In this document: positions 17,420-31,800 of the stretch, piece after piece
How the letters are laid out: every line of letters starts with the position of its first letter
How positions within the stretch are numbered: position 1 is the stretch's first letter
From: Balanoglossus misakiensis
Taxonomy: Eukaryota > Animalia > Hemichordata
Assembly: GCA_040954595.2 (NCBI GenBank)
Contig: CM082594.2
Span: 7,695,573-7,759,572, forward strand
Direction of reading: 5' to 3'
DNA length: 64,000 nt
Program-made: the position numbers and the translations under genes
The notes under the pieces: generated by a model
Databases searched by the model: none
Told to the model about the DNA's origin: nothing
What the model saw: the letters and a program-made list of their open reading frames with translations, nothing else

Positions 17420-20400
17420 ATGGCGTCGCCGGTGGCATGGAGTGTGGCCTCATCATTTCTGCTTCTTGCGATTATCATCAGCGCTGATGCCGAATGGCCA
17501 ACTAGACGGTTTGAGTACAAGTACAGCTTCAAGGGACCTCATATGACCCAAAAGGACAGCTCAGTGCCTTTCTGGGAATTCGGTGGCAGTAAGTATAGTC
17601 CTCCGTAACGTGTATGTGTACCGTGTGTGGAGAGTACGGGGACTTCCTATTCTATCGATCGTTACACACCCACTTCGATTGTCCTTTGATCGCACTGCGG
17701 TGTTCTGATTCTGTTTTTCTTTCGCATCCGTAGGTGCCCTTGCAAGTGACGACCAAGTTCGTATTACTCCTTCTTTGAGAAGCAAGCGAGGTAAGAGTTG
17801 CAATTCGAAACAAAATACATCTATTCGCAGACTCGAAACATATGTTTCCGGTGTGTGTTAGGAGGAGGAGGGATTTCAGACGTTATGCATCAATAAATCT
17901 CGGATCTGTGGCCCAGAATAAAGGCCGATTTCGCCGACCTTATTGTTAAAGTCGAACCTTCAATAGTATGCTTCAGTAAGACGTACAGGTCAAATAATCA
18001 AGCATCGCTTTGCGTCGTGTATGCGAACCATATGTTGATACACATCACACAATGACCTTATTATTATATTACACGACCCATTGGCACACGCACATCCACG
18101 TGTACTTTAAAAACAACAGAAACACATATCATTCAATCATATTGCGTGTATTGTTTTCAAAGCAATATTTCTCGTCAAAAACATGGAATTCCCTGCGTAC
18201 CATACATTTCCAGAAATTAGTATTATCTGAAATACTAGTATGGTTTTATAGTTAATTTTATTTCAATTGTTTTGGCTAGAAAATGTTTTATTTTTGTAAT
18301 CGCATCATGAATTTTGCTTTGTAAGATTCAATGTCTCAAAACAAGAGGCATTATTGCATTGCCAGAGTTTGATCTTCAAAAGTTAATTTATAGTAAAAAG
18401 TGGGGACATCAGATAGTAAGATAAAGCTGTTACCCCCCCCCCCCCCCAGTATAGGCGAAACAGTAATAAAAGTTGTCTTAACACATTTCATGTGCATTCA
18501 ATCAAAAGCTACATATATTACGGTTACCGGTATATTTCTGCACACATACAAAATACAATGGAAAATTCATGTGTCAGAGATAAATGCTGGTACTTAACAT
18601 ATAAATTGTAGAATTGTCACTATTATTCTATTATGTCTATTTTAGTTGTATTACATCATTAATATTTTTAATGGGGAGGGTTGAACAATAGGCAAATATT
18701 TTTTTGCTATGAAATTATAGCACCTTACAATTATAAAAAGAACATAAACTATAAATTGTTAAGGGAATGGTTGTCACTTGGGGATATAAGAAGTCATTAT
18801 GATTAACAAACAGAGTAATATTTGACTTGTATGTTTGCATGAATTAACTGTGGGAAAGGACAGATTGTGTGGCACATTTCATGAAATGAAATTCACACCC
18901 ACGTGTAGTACGCACATTATCCATTTTTAAAGTAGCACAAATCGCTTGACGTGTGTCAGGCAACGAGGCAGATGTCAGCATTTTACTTGTTCTTGTCAGA
19001 TATTCCGTCACTGAGTGGTTTGTTCCTTATGGAAATGGGAACATCATGCTGGACATATGAAATGGTGATTTTCACCTCGTGTGTGGGTTACATGTCAATT
19101 GGTGCAATAAGGTGATGGAAATATTGATTGTGGGAACAGATGGCTTGGTTAAAAAAGTACAACATGTTCGACGTAATTCTGGAGTCTTCTGACTGAAGTG
19201 TTTAGCATGTTCTCATGTGAAATGGGCATGTAATTATAAACAGATAGTAGTCTTTGTACAATTAAATAGCAACCAAATATATCCTGGCAGTATACACATT
19301 CATGTGTATTGCTCTATTTATAGATACTTTCAAGTGTTTTAATAGCTTCTGCAGATCAAATATGCTATTGCATACGGTTAACCCACCCTTTTATCACCAT
19401 GGTTTGGTCCAAAGCTGTTGTTTTCTCTGCTAAAGTTGGACCTCTACAGATTGAAACATGGGTGAAAGGGTTAAACTCGTCATTTACATTGCCTCTGATT
19501 TCAGATCTGTCGTTACATTTTATTAATTCAGATGTGCCTTTTTTTTAGTTTTCCCCAATAGTTTGACCATTATGTAGAAACCTGAGAGACACTGATGAAA
19601 AACATCTTTTTACTATAGATGAATACAAAATTATACTGTTTGTTAATCTGGACCATTTGTGCTAGGAAACCAATCTGATGATGGGCTCTTAAGTGTTGCG
19701 GTTGCTAGGAAACCACCGGCTCCTAAGTTAATTGAAATCTGCATCATTATCAGTCTGTGAATGTGTTTCAGTAATGATGTGTACTGGGGAAAAAGGAGTG
19801 AATTATATCGACTAAAAACCTGCTTGTGTAACAGGTTGGATAGTATCTTTGTCTGTTACGTTTGTAGTTTTAGGACATTAGAATAGACAATTTCCCAATG
19901 CAGTCTTTTCAGATTTCTGCCTGTAATGTTGTTCGTCGGGAAATAACTTAGTAACCTTGACATCCCAATGTTCATGACGTAGACCGTCTGAAAATTCATG
20001 ACTTCAGAGGATCTTCTGACTTCTAGAATTCTCACATATCTGTCATCCCCCCAGAGAACTGACATCAATTTCAACCTTTCCTCTCAAGGTTTCGAGCGAA
20101 ACTGATAAGACACGGAAAAGACGTCAGAGGAAAACATCCATTGCGTGTGTCTGTCACATATTCATCATTTTCCTCAGATTGAATTTACAGATGAATAAAA
20201 AAGCATCTTCACATCACGAGAGTGATTTCTCACACTCATTCCATCAATAGATAATTTCAGATTTTCTACTTGCCGATATTTTTTTTCGAGTTCCTTTCAT
20301 CATCACTAATTGTAGCCTCAAGTGGTGCGAAAAAAGGTGTGATATTTTTTCCCAATGAATATCTCATGAGATTTCTAAAAAAGCAAAGAAAATATTTCCC

Positions 20401-23400
20401 AGTCGGCCTATAAAATATCCAATTTAACCGTCAGCGTCGAAGGTAGTCATTATCGTATCCTACCAGAATTATTAGCTTTCATCTGACGCATACATTTGTG
20501 TGCATCTATCAGGTGTAATAGATAGGGTAGCAACAGGGGTTGCTATGGAGATTGCTGATATCTTCCTGAAAAGATGACTTGGGGTTGGGGGGATGATAAA
20601 ACAGTAATTTGCTGGGGAAACCTGCCAGTTGCCTAATGATGCACACAAACAATATATGGTGCATCTGCATAATTGTATTACCCATTTCTAATGCAACGCA
20701 TTGTGTTAACACAATATCTTCTGAGGGCTAAATTGTCATTTTCCTATCTTCTTGTATGTTATTATTGACTGTGTGCATTAATTTTCGTTTCTTTCTGCTC
20801 TCAATTTCAGGTTTCATTTGGACGAAAAACACAGTTCCATTTGAACACTGGGAGGTGGAGCTAATTTTCCGGGTCTCTGGAAGAGGAAGAGTTGGTGCTG
20901 ATGGTTTGGTAAGTATATACATATTTAGAGTATATACGTATTACATGTGTATACTGTACTGCAGTACACTGCACTGTACTATACTATACTGTGTGAATCT
21001 AAAGTCCTTTCCTAATTTGCCACCCCTGGGCTTCTAAAGGGTTATCTTCGATGCCATTAGGCTAATGTGGTGATAATTGGGCTCACCTAAGCTGGACTTA
21101 GGTCAGCCCAGAGCTGACCCAGTTGGAAGCTGAGCTCTTACCTGTGCAGTGAATGTATATTCGGCAGGCATTTTGGTACAGAACGGACAAGGGCCAAGCT
21201 GGTCCTGTGTACGGAAGCACCGACCGATGGAACGGATTGGGAGTCTTCTTTGACTCGTTCGACAACGACAACCAGAGGAACAACCCGTACATCTTGATGA
21301 TGACCAACGACGGCACTAAGTCGTACGACCACAACTCGGACGGGCTCACACAACAGATCGGCGGGTGTCTACAAGATTTCCGGAACAAGCCCTACCCTGT
21401 CAGGGCCAAGATTGAATATTACAAGAACACACTCACTGTAAGTAGATCATGTTGACAGATGAAGTTTGTATATAGTGAGGAGAAATATTCAAAATGACAT
21501 AAAAAATTGCTGATTTTTCTACTACATGTATTTTGCAACAAATGAGTTATACATAGTTGGAATCCGGAAAACATTGCATATATTCTACAGACAACTAATT
21601 CCCAACTTCTCTTTTCAGCTCTATTTCCATAATGGCATGGCAGACAGTGCAACGTATGAGCTGTGCACAAGAGCCAATAACGTCATTCTTCCAAAAGATG
21701 GTTTCTTCGGCGTGTCCGCGGCAACCGGGGGGCTTGCTGGTAAGTGTCAATGACCAGAAACTGACTACTCCCTCCCGCACTGTCTGGATATTTCACTCAT
21801 CAATTCTGTCTGCAGGTTTTTGAACGTTCGCTGTCTACTCCTGATATTCTTGATTTAACCACGGACATGTATGAAGGACTGTTCTCAGACATGACTTTCT
21901 TTTCTGCTCACTCAGATGATCACGATGTGATGAAATTCCTGACCCACAGTCTGACCCCTCCAGTTAGTGAGATGGTGAGTAAAATTCCAAATTAGCCATG
22001 CACTACATTACATTCAAAGTGGCTAAATTTGAAGATAAGTGGCTAATTTAGCTACAGTTAATGTCTCTGCGGAAGGTGGTGTAGCCAAATCACAAATGTT
22101 CTCTGTATTTTTTTTTCAGCCCAAACCTGATAGTCAAATCTCGGACGAAGAGAGGAAAAAATTCACACAGGAATATGACCAGTATTATGAAAAATTAGAA
22201 AAACAGAAGGAAGAGTAAGTAGACATATATATTCTCATACATTGAATTGAAAAAAAAAATGAAATTTAACATTGGTAAATCTGAACAGTCACTGAGTCAG
22301 TATGCATTTTGTGTATAATGTCAATTACTCTCACATCACAGATTATTCCGTTTCTTTACAGATTTAGAAAACAGCATCCAGACAAAGTGAGAAAAGATTT
22401 CGAAGATGTAAGTAAAGTGATAACGTTTTGAGTTTAACCCAATTGATGTTTGGACAGAGAAAAACAGAGATTGCTGTAAAGAGTCGAGTCAGTTGATAAA
22501 ATTAGAAATCAATGTTGTTTTGTGCTTTCTTCCAACAGTTTGAGGATGTTGGTAGCCGCGATCTGCGTTTGATCTACGAAGGCCAGCATGGGATTCACAG
22601 TACTATCAGGTAAGAGATGTACTTCTTATTTCAAGACCAGAAAACTCAAGATCTTTGATTTTGAAGACCATACATCCCCGTCTGCCCATAGATGGAATCT
22701 TCCAGGTGTGGAATACAAACAGAATCTTGGGCAATTCCATTATACTTCAGGCATATCCTGTTTGTGTTTCAGAGAGTTGAATCGCAAATTAGACGAAATC
22801 GTTGGACGTCAAGAACGAACGCTGACAATGCTGACTAGCGTACAGGCAGGCGGTGGTGGGGGTGTTGGTGGACAAGGAACTCCAGGGGGCGGTGTTCCAG
22901 TCGATACCATACGACGTCACGAAGTAGAATCTGTTTTGAATACACAGAGAGATATCTCAAATAGTGTCAGAGATATTAGGTAAGTGACGATCTTAATTAT
23001 GCTGATTATTAATTACCATCCGACAGTAGAAATTCTCTTTCCAAATGGAACAAAATTCACTGTGACTGACCACCCAGAAAAAAATTGAACCAGTGATTCA
23101 TTGTGAGCATCTTGAGATAGGGCACCCATATTGTTTTGCCTGTTGCTATGGGCAGTTTATTAACTTGTGTTTTGTTCTCTGGTTTCCAGATCTGTCGTCG
23201 GTGATGTTCAACAAAAAGCTAACACCATTCAATTAAACCAGGGCAAAGGTCAAGGAGGAATGGATATGAATTTAGTTATCCATGAACTCAAAGACAATTT
23301 AAAAAATGTTCAGCGGGATGTTACTCATCTCACAGGCAGACCAGAGGTAGGAGAAGGGTCTCATCTTTTTAACCCTTTCCCTCTTTAGAGGGCCAACCTT

Positions 23401-23942
23401 ACCATAGAAAACAATGGGTTTGGACTAAGAGAGTTGATAATTCTGCATGCATGGCATATTCTAACAGAATAATGTATCAGGGAAACAGTTTTGGGTTTTT
23501 TGACATTGTGTCAGTCCACTGATCACTTCTCTGTCTTTTTCCCCAAACAGCCAAAACCACCACAGTGTCCAGATATCCCAGAACAGACAGGATGTGTTAG
23601 TCCACTACATTTCTATATTTTATTGATAGTGCAAGTTATAGTTGTTCTAGGATATGTTTCATATAGGTAAGTCATGTACTATGTAAAATTATATGTTAGT
23701 TAGGGCAGCCTTTGAAATATCCCATGATGCTTAAGAATCTAGGGCTGCCACATTTTTTCATTTACTTTCATGGTTTTATTTTCCAACTAGGATTATGTGA
23801 CTATTTTCGTGAAAATTTGAAAAAATTCATATCTAGAAAAAAAATGTAGTTTATAAAGTGTATTGCTGTTTTTAATAGTCAATCATTTTATCTTCTATCT
23901 TGCAGGCACAGGCAAGAAGCAAATGCGAAAAAATTCTTCTAA
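17420..23942 (+). CDS. LMAN1: ERGIC-53 / lectin mannose-binding 1 cargo receptor, 13 coding exons
   Basis: Exons 17420-17588, 17734-17790, 20811-20908, 21168-21437, 21619-21739, 21916-21974, 22120-22214, 22362-22407, 22539-22609, 22773-22979, 23190-23346, 23551-23666, 23906-23942. Signal peptide, RRFEYKYSFKGPH, GRGRVGADGLAFWY, FFDSFDND, GVSAATGGLADDHDV, coiled-coil stalk, two luminal Cys, one TM segment and the C-terminal KKFF* ER-exit/retrieval motif. Candidate AATAAA at 25602. Confidence 0.96.
19378..19474 (-). mobile_element. Diverged MITE copy (TTAA/CCCTTTCACC family), reverse orientation, in LMAN1 intron 2
   Basis: ttaaccc...caccatggtttggtccaaa...gttttct...gttggacctct...ggtgaaagggttaa is the reverse complement of the 10984-11076 element with substitutions. 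Confidence 0.75.
23369..23437 (+). mobile_element. Internally deleted MITE copy (same family) in an LMAN1 intron
   Basis: ttaaccctttccctctttagagggccaaccttaccatagaaaacaatgggtttggact matches the core of the 10984-11076 element; the right end is truncated or degenerate. Confidence 0.7.
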
Positions 23943-23998
23943 AACAAAAAAAAGATAGGGAAATTTTATTAACAAATTAGGCGAAACTAATTTTCTTA

Positions 23999-24092
23999 TT
24001 AACCCATTCACCCCAGTTCCCTCAGTATGGGTCAAAGTGTACCACAGAAAACAATAGATTTGGACCAAACTATGTTGGTGAAAAAGGGTTAA
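23999..24092 (+). mobile_element. MITE copy (same family) in the LMAN1 3' UTR
   Basis: TTAA-cccattcacccc...accacagaaaacaatagatttggacc...ggtgaaaaaggg-TTAA, starting ~56 bp after the LMAN1 stop codon. Confidence 0.75.
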
Positions 24093-25870
24093 TTGAGAAA
24101 TTATTCCAGGCATTCAAAATACTATACCAAATTTAAAAAATCGTATTTATTCATGAAGGGTCTGAAATCTCTCACCTGAAAAATGTTTTCTTTTAAAACT
24201 TTATTTTACTTCATCAGCTCAAAGCAGTGTTATTCATCTTCAACAAATGCTAAATCAATTTGAATTGTTTTGATTATCATTTTAAAACTGTTGCATGTTA
24301 GAAATCAACTTTCATCAATTTAAACTGTAAGGAAAAAAATACTGGGCATTCCACTTCAGAATGTAGCAAATATTATTTCTTAGAAGTTTTTGGTTTGTAA
24401 CTTTTCCATACTTCTCAAAGTATGTTAAGGATTTGAATTTTTAAATTGAAATGGAATTTAAGAAAATCTTCCAAAAAATTGTACCCATTTTAGTTTATAT
24501 TTAATCTTTTCTGTACCTGTGGTATGACATTATTGTCACTTTTAGTAGTTTTGTTGAAGATCGGTGTGCACTCTAAGTCAGCATGAAATGTGTGAAACAC
24601 TTCTGTGAGCAAATAACTGTATAATTTCTGGTAAAAATATCCCTTCAGTACCAAGTTAGCATTTAAGTTGTGTGCTGTGTAAAATCAAACAGTATTATTG
24701 ACAGTGGATTCAAAATACACGTGAAATGGTTTTTACGGGATTTTACTCTTTTGGTTTCCATAGGAAATTAAACTCGACATCATGTACTAAATGCCCCAGG
24801 TGGACAACTCTTTATCAAGCTATGATTATCATGGACATTCCAGTTATGTAGTTAAAGAGAGTTGGGGTTTTGAGAAAAAAGAACGCCCTCTTGAGTTAAG
24901 AATTACAATAACCTGTGCAATGTTCTGATGAATTTTAATAATTATGATCAAAAAAGTTGATTTTAACTACCTTATCCTTTACTTTGGTGGTAGTTACGAA
25001 CAGTTTAGTATCTAAATATCTGGAGTTCTTGTATATTGATGTGATATTAGAGAATGTCGGTATTAGTCATCCATATTGTGAAAAAAATTTACAAGGTAGC
25101 CACTTCTTTACATAAATGCCACAGCTTCCATAGAGTTCATACAGAGATCAAGTTGGCGGCCATTTTGAAATTCAAATTTGAAGCAATTTGGCCCTATTCA
25201 TAATTTGCATCCCCCCCCCATTTTTATTCGTCATTTTAAGAGAAAATTGAAAGCTAATTTGAGCAAAATATGACACAGCTGTGAAAGGTTTTGATTTTGG
25301 AAAGTCATTAAGGATCTCTTCAAAAGATTTTTTTGTATCAAGATATAATAAAACCCCTACAAAACATACCAGAATTGTAAGAAGTTAGTCATTTATAATT
25401 TAAGATGGCTATCATTGTGATCATGTCTGTATTAGAAATGGTATCGGAGAATAGCATTTGAGTTTGAATGGAAACGTCTTTCCCCAGCTGTTGTACAAAA
25501 AAAATCCTTCCGATGGTGTATGTCAGTATTTTTCATTAGATTTTCTTGTGAAAGTCGTGCTGTTATTTTTCTATGTCATGTAGAAACTTCTAATGAAGAT
25601 CAATAAAAGCACAAGAAACACATTGGTTCTAATGTTTATTGTCATATTTTGTAATAATGCAAAATTTTATGTATACCCCTGGGTAAATCAATCATGTGTT
25701 AGCTGCGTTAAAGCCTCAAGAGCTGCCAAATTTCATATATTTTTTTTTTGCACGGTAAAATTCTTCAAATATATTCCCTATCCTCTATCACATTCAGCGG
25801 TTCTTTTAAGGGCAAAAAAATGTTGAGAAAAAGCATGCACGTCCTGGCTCGATTTCAACGGAGATTCTAA

Positions 25871-28800
25871 AGCTCATGAAAATCATCAGAAAATGACAAT
25901 TTTTCGACTTTGCGAATTTTCAAAATTTGGTCATTTTTTCATAAAAACCATGGGTTATAGCTCAGGAAATCGTCCAAAAATGACAATTTTTCGACTTCCC
26001 GGCATTTCAAAATTTGGTCGATTTTTGACAAAAACCATGGGTTATAGCTCAGGAAATCGTCCAAAAATGACAATTTTTCGACTTCCCGGCATTTCAAAAT
26101 TTGGTCGATTTTTGACAAAAACCATGGGTTATAGCTCAGGAAATCGTCCAAAAATGACAATTTTTCGACTTCCCGGCATTTCAAAATTTGGTCGATTTTT
26201 GACAAAAACCATGGGTTATAGCTCAGGAAATCGTCCAAAAATGACAATTTTTCGACTTCCCGGCATTTCAAAATTTGGTCGATTTTTGACAAAAACCATG
26301 GGTTATAGCTCAGGAAATCGTCCAAAAATGACAATTTTTCGACTTCCCGGCATTTCAAAATTTGGTCGATTTTTGACAAAAACCATGGGTTATAGCTCAG
26401 GAAATCGTCCAAAAATGACAATTTTTCGACTTCCCGGCATTTCAAAATTTGGTCGATTTTTGACAAAAACCATGGGTTATAGCTCAGGAAATCGTCCAAA
26501 AATGACAATTTTTCGACTTCCCGGCATTTCAAAATTTGGTCGATTTTTGACAAAAACCATGGGTTATAGCTCAGGAAATCGTCCAAAAATGACAATTTTT
26601 CGACTTCCCGGCATTTCAAAATTTCGTCGATTTTTGACAAAAACCATGGGTTATAGCTCAGGAAATCGTCCAAAAATGACAATTTTTCGACTTCCCGGCA
26701 TTTCAAAATTTGGTCGATTTTTGACAAAAACCATGGGTTATAGCTCAGGAAATCGTCCAAAAATGACAATTTTTCGACTTCCCGGCATTTCAAAATTTGG
26801 TCGATTTTTGACAAAAACCATGGGTTATAGCTCAGGAAATCGTCCAAAAATGACAATTTTTCGACTTCCCGGCATTTCAAAATTTGGTCGATTTTTGACA
26901 AAAACCATGGGTTATAGCTCAGGAAATCGTCCAAAAATGACAATTTTTCGACTTCCCGGCATTTCAAAATTTGGTCGATTTTTGACAAAAACCATGGGTT
27001 ATAGCTCAGGAAATCGTCCAAAAATGACAATTTTTCGACTTCCCGGCATTTCAAAATTTGGTCGATTTTTGACAAAAACCATGGGTTATAGCTCAGGAAA
27101 TCGTCCAAAAATGACAATTTTTCGACTTCCCGGCATTTCAAAATTTGGTCGATTTTTGACAAAAACCATGGGTTATAGCTCAGGAAATCGTCCAAAAATG
27201 ACAATTTTTCGACTTCCCGGCATTTCAAAATTTGGTCGATTTTTGACAAAAACCATGGGTTATAGCTCAGGAAATCGTCCAAAAATGACAATTTTTCGAC
27301 TTCCCGGCATTTCAAAATTTGGTCGATTTTTGACAAAAACCATGGGTTATAGCTCAGGAAATCGTCCAAAAATGACAATTTTTCGACTTCCCGGCATTTC
27401 AAAATTTGGTCGATTTTTGACAAAAACCATGGGTTATAGCTCAGGAAATCGTCCAAAAATGACAATTTTTCGACTTCCCGGCATTTCAAAATTTGGTCGA
27501 TTTTTGACAAAAACCATGGGTTATAGCTCAGGAAATCGTCCAAAAATGACAATTTTTCGACTTCCCGGCATTTCAAAATTTGGTCGATTTTTGACAAAAA
27601 CCATGGGTTATAGCTCAGGAAATCGTCCAAAAATGACAATTTTTCGACTTCCCGGCATTTCAAAATTTGGTCGATTTTTGACAAAAACCATGGGTTATAG
27701 CTCAGGAAATCGTCCAAAAATGACAATTTTTCGACTTCCCGGCATTTCAAAATTTGGTCGATTTTTGACAAAAACCATGGGTTATAGCTCAGGAAATCGT
27801 CCAAAAATGACAATTTTTCGACTTCCCGGCATTTCAAAATTTGGTCGATTTTTGACAAAAACCATGGGTTATAGCTCAGGAAATCGTCCAAAAATGACAA
27901 TTTTTCGACTTCCCGGCATTTCAAAATTTGGTCGATTTTTGACAAAAACCATGGGTTATAGCTCAGGAAATCGTCCAAAAATGACAATTTTTCGACTTCC
28001 CGGCATTTCAAAATTTGGTCGATTTTTGACAAAAACCATGGGTTATAGCTCAGGAAATCGTCCAAAAATGACAATTTTTCGACTTCCCGGCATTTCAAAA
28101 TTTGGTCGATTTTTGACAAAAACCATGGGTTATAGCTCAGGAAATCGTCCAAAAATGACAATTTTTCGACTTCCCGGCATTTCAAAATTTGGTCGATTTT
28201 TGACAAAAACCATGGGTTATAGCTCAGGAAATCGTCCAAAAATGACAATTTTTCGACTTCCCGGCATTTCAAAATTTGGTCGATTTTTGACAAAAACCAT
28301 GGGTTATAGCTCAGGAAATCGTCCAAAAATGACAATTTTTCGACTTCCCGGCATTTCAAAATTTGGTCGATTTTTGACAAAAACCATGGGTTATAGCTCA
28401 GGAAATCGTCCAAAAATGACAATTTTTCGACTTCCCGGCATTTCAAAATTTGGTCGATTTTTGACAAAAACCATGGGTTATAGCTCAGGAAATCGTCCAA
28501 AAATGACAATTTTTCGACTTCCCGGCATTTCAAAATTTGGTCGATTTTTGACAAAAACCATGGGTTATAGCTCAGGAAATCGTCCAAAAATGACAATTTT
28601 TCGACTTCCCGGCATTTCAAAATTTGGTCGATTTTTGACAAAAACCATGGGTTATAGCTCAGGAAATCGTCCAAAAATGACAATTTTTCGACTTCCCGGC
28701 ATTTCAAAATTTGGTCGATTTTTGACAAAAACCATGGGTTATAGCTCAGGAAATCGTCCAAAAATGACAATTTTTCGACTTCCCGGCATTTCAAAATTTG

Positions 28801-31800
28801 GTCGATTTTTGACAAAAACCATGGGTTATAGCTCAGGAAATCGTCCAAAAATGACAATTTTTCGACTTCCCGGCATTTCAAAATTTGGTCGATTTTTGAC
28901 AAAAACCATGGGTTATAGCTCAGGAAATCGTCCAAAAATGACAATTTTTCGACTTCCCGGCATTTCAAAATTTGGTCGATTTTTGACAAAAACCATGGGT
29001 TATAGCTCAGGAAATCGTCCAAAAATGACAATTTTTCGACTTCCCGGCATTTCAAAATTTGGTCGATTTTTGACAAAAACCATGGGTTATAGCTCAGGAA
29101 ATCGTCCAAAAATGACAATTTTTCGACTTCCCGGCATTTCAAAATTTGGTCGATTTTTGACAAAAACCATGGGTTATAGCTCAGGAAATCGTCCAAAAAT
29201 GACAATTTTTCGACTTCCCGGCATTTCAAAATTTGGTCGATTTTTGACAAAAACCATGGGTTATAGCTCAGGAAATCGTCCAAAAATGACAATTTTTCGA
29301 CTTCCCGGCATTTCAAAATTTGGTCGATTTTTGACAAAAACCATGGGTTATAGCTCAGGAAATCGTCCAAAAATGACAATTTTTCGACTTCCCGGCATTT
29401 CAAAATTTGGTCGATTTTTGACAAAAACCATGGGTTATAGCTCAGGAAATCGTCCAAAAATGACAATTTTTCGACTTCCCGGCATTTCAAAATTTGGTCG
29501 ATTTTTGACAAAAACCATGGGTTATAGCTCAGGAAATCGTCCAAAAATGACAATTTTTCGACTTCCCGGCATTTCAAAATTTGGTCGATTTTTGACAAAA
29601 ACCATGGGTTATAGCTCAGGAAATCGTCCAAAAATGACAATTTTTCGACTTCCCGGCATTTCAAAATTTGGTCGATTTTTGACAAAAACCATGGGTTATA
29701 GCTCAGGAAATCGTCCAAAAATGACAATTTTTCGACTTCCCGGCATTTCAAAATTTGGTCGATTTTTGACAAAAACCATGGGTTATAGCTCAGGAAATCG
29801 TCCAAAAATGACAATTTTTCGACTTCCCGGCATTTCAAAATTTGGTCGATTTTTGACAAAAACCATGGGTTATAGCTCAGGAAATCGTCCAAAAATGACA
29901 ATTTTTCGACTTCCCGGCATTTCAAAATTTGGTCGATTTTTGACAAAAACCATGGGTTATAGCTCAGGAAATCGTCCAAAAATGACAATTTTTCGACTTC
30001 CCGGCATTTCAAAATTTGGTCGATTTTTGACAAAAACCATGGGTTATAGCTCAGGAAATCGTCCAAAAATGACAATTTTTCGACTTCCCGGCATTTCAAA
30101 ATTTGGTCGATTTTTGACAAAAACCATGGGTTATAGCTCAGGAAATCGTCCAAAAATGACAATTTTTCGACTTCCCGGCATTTCAAAATTTGGTCGATTT
30201 TTGACAAAAACCATGGGTTATAGCTCAGGAAATCGTCCAAAAATGACAATTTTTCGACTTCCCGGCATTTCAAAATTTGGTCGATTTTTGACAAAAACCA
30301 TGGGTTATAGCTCAGGAAATCGTCCAAAAATGACAATTTTTCGACTTCCCGGCATTTCAAAATTTGGTCGATTTTTGACAAAAACCATGGGTTATAGCTC
30401 AGGAAATCGTCCAAAAATGACAATTTTTCGACTTCCCGGCATTTCAAAATTTGGTCGATTTTTGACAAAAACCATGGGTTATAGCTCAGGAAATCGTCCA
30501 AAAATGACAATTTTTCGACTTCCCGGCATTTCAAAATTTGGTCGATTTTTGACAAAAACCATGGGTTATAGCTCAGGAAATCGTCCAAAAATGACAATTT
30601 TTCGACTTCCCGGCATTTCAAAATTTGGTCGATTTTTGACAAAAACCATGGGTTATAGCTCAGGAAATCGTCCAAAAATGACAATTTTTCGACTTCCCGG
30701 CATTTCAAAATTTGGTCGATTTTTGACAAAAACCATGGGTTATAGCTCAGGAAATCGTCCAAAAATGACAATTTTTCGACTTCCCGGCATTTCAAAATTT
30801 GGTCGATTTTTGACAAAAACCATGGGTTATAGCTCAGGAAATCGTCCAAAAATGACAATTTTTCGACTTCCCGGCATTTCAAAATTTGGTCGATTTTTGA
30901 CAAAAACCATGGGTTATAGCTCAGGAAATCGTCCAAAAATGACAATTTTTCGACTTCCCGGCATTTCAAAATTTGGTCGATTTTTGACAAAAACCATGGG
31001 TTATAGCTCAGGAAATCGTCCAAAAATGACAATTTTTCGACTTCCCGGCATTTCAAAATTTGGTCGATTTTTGACAAAAACCATGGGTTATAGCTCAGGA
31101 AATCGTCCAAAAATGACAATTTTTCGACTTCCCGGCATTTCAAAATTTGGTCGATTTTTGACAAAAACCATGGGTTATAGCTCAGGAAATCGTCCAAAAA
31201 TGACAATTTTTCGACTTCCCGGCATTTCAAAATTTGGTCGATTTTTGACAAAAACCATGGGTTATAGCTCAGGAAATCGTCCAAAAATGACAATTTTTCG
31301 ACTTCCCGGCATTTCAAAATTTGGTCGATTTTTGACAAAAACCATGGGTTATAGCTCAGGAAATCGTCCAAAAATGACAATTTTTCGACTTCCCGGCATT
31401 TCAAAATTTGGTCGATTTTTGACAAAAACCATGGGTTATAGCTCAGGAAATCGTCCAAAAATGACAATTTTTCGACTTCCCGGCATTTCAAAATTTGGTC
31501 GATTTTTGACAAAAACCATGGGTTATAGCTCAGGAAATCGTCCAAAAATGACAATTTTTCGACTTCCCGGCATTTCAAAATTTGGTCGATTTTTGACAAA
31601 AACCATGGGTTATAGCTCAGGAAATCGTCCAAAAATGACAATTTTTCGACTTCCCGGCATTTCAAAATTTGGTCGATTTTTGACAAAAACCATGGGTTAT
31701 AGCTCAGGAAATCGTCCAAAAATGACAATTTTTCGACTTCCCGGCATTTCAAAATTTGGTCGATTTTTGACAAAAACCATGGGTTATAGCTCAGGAAATC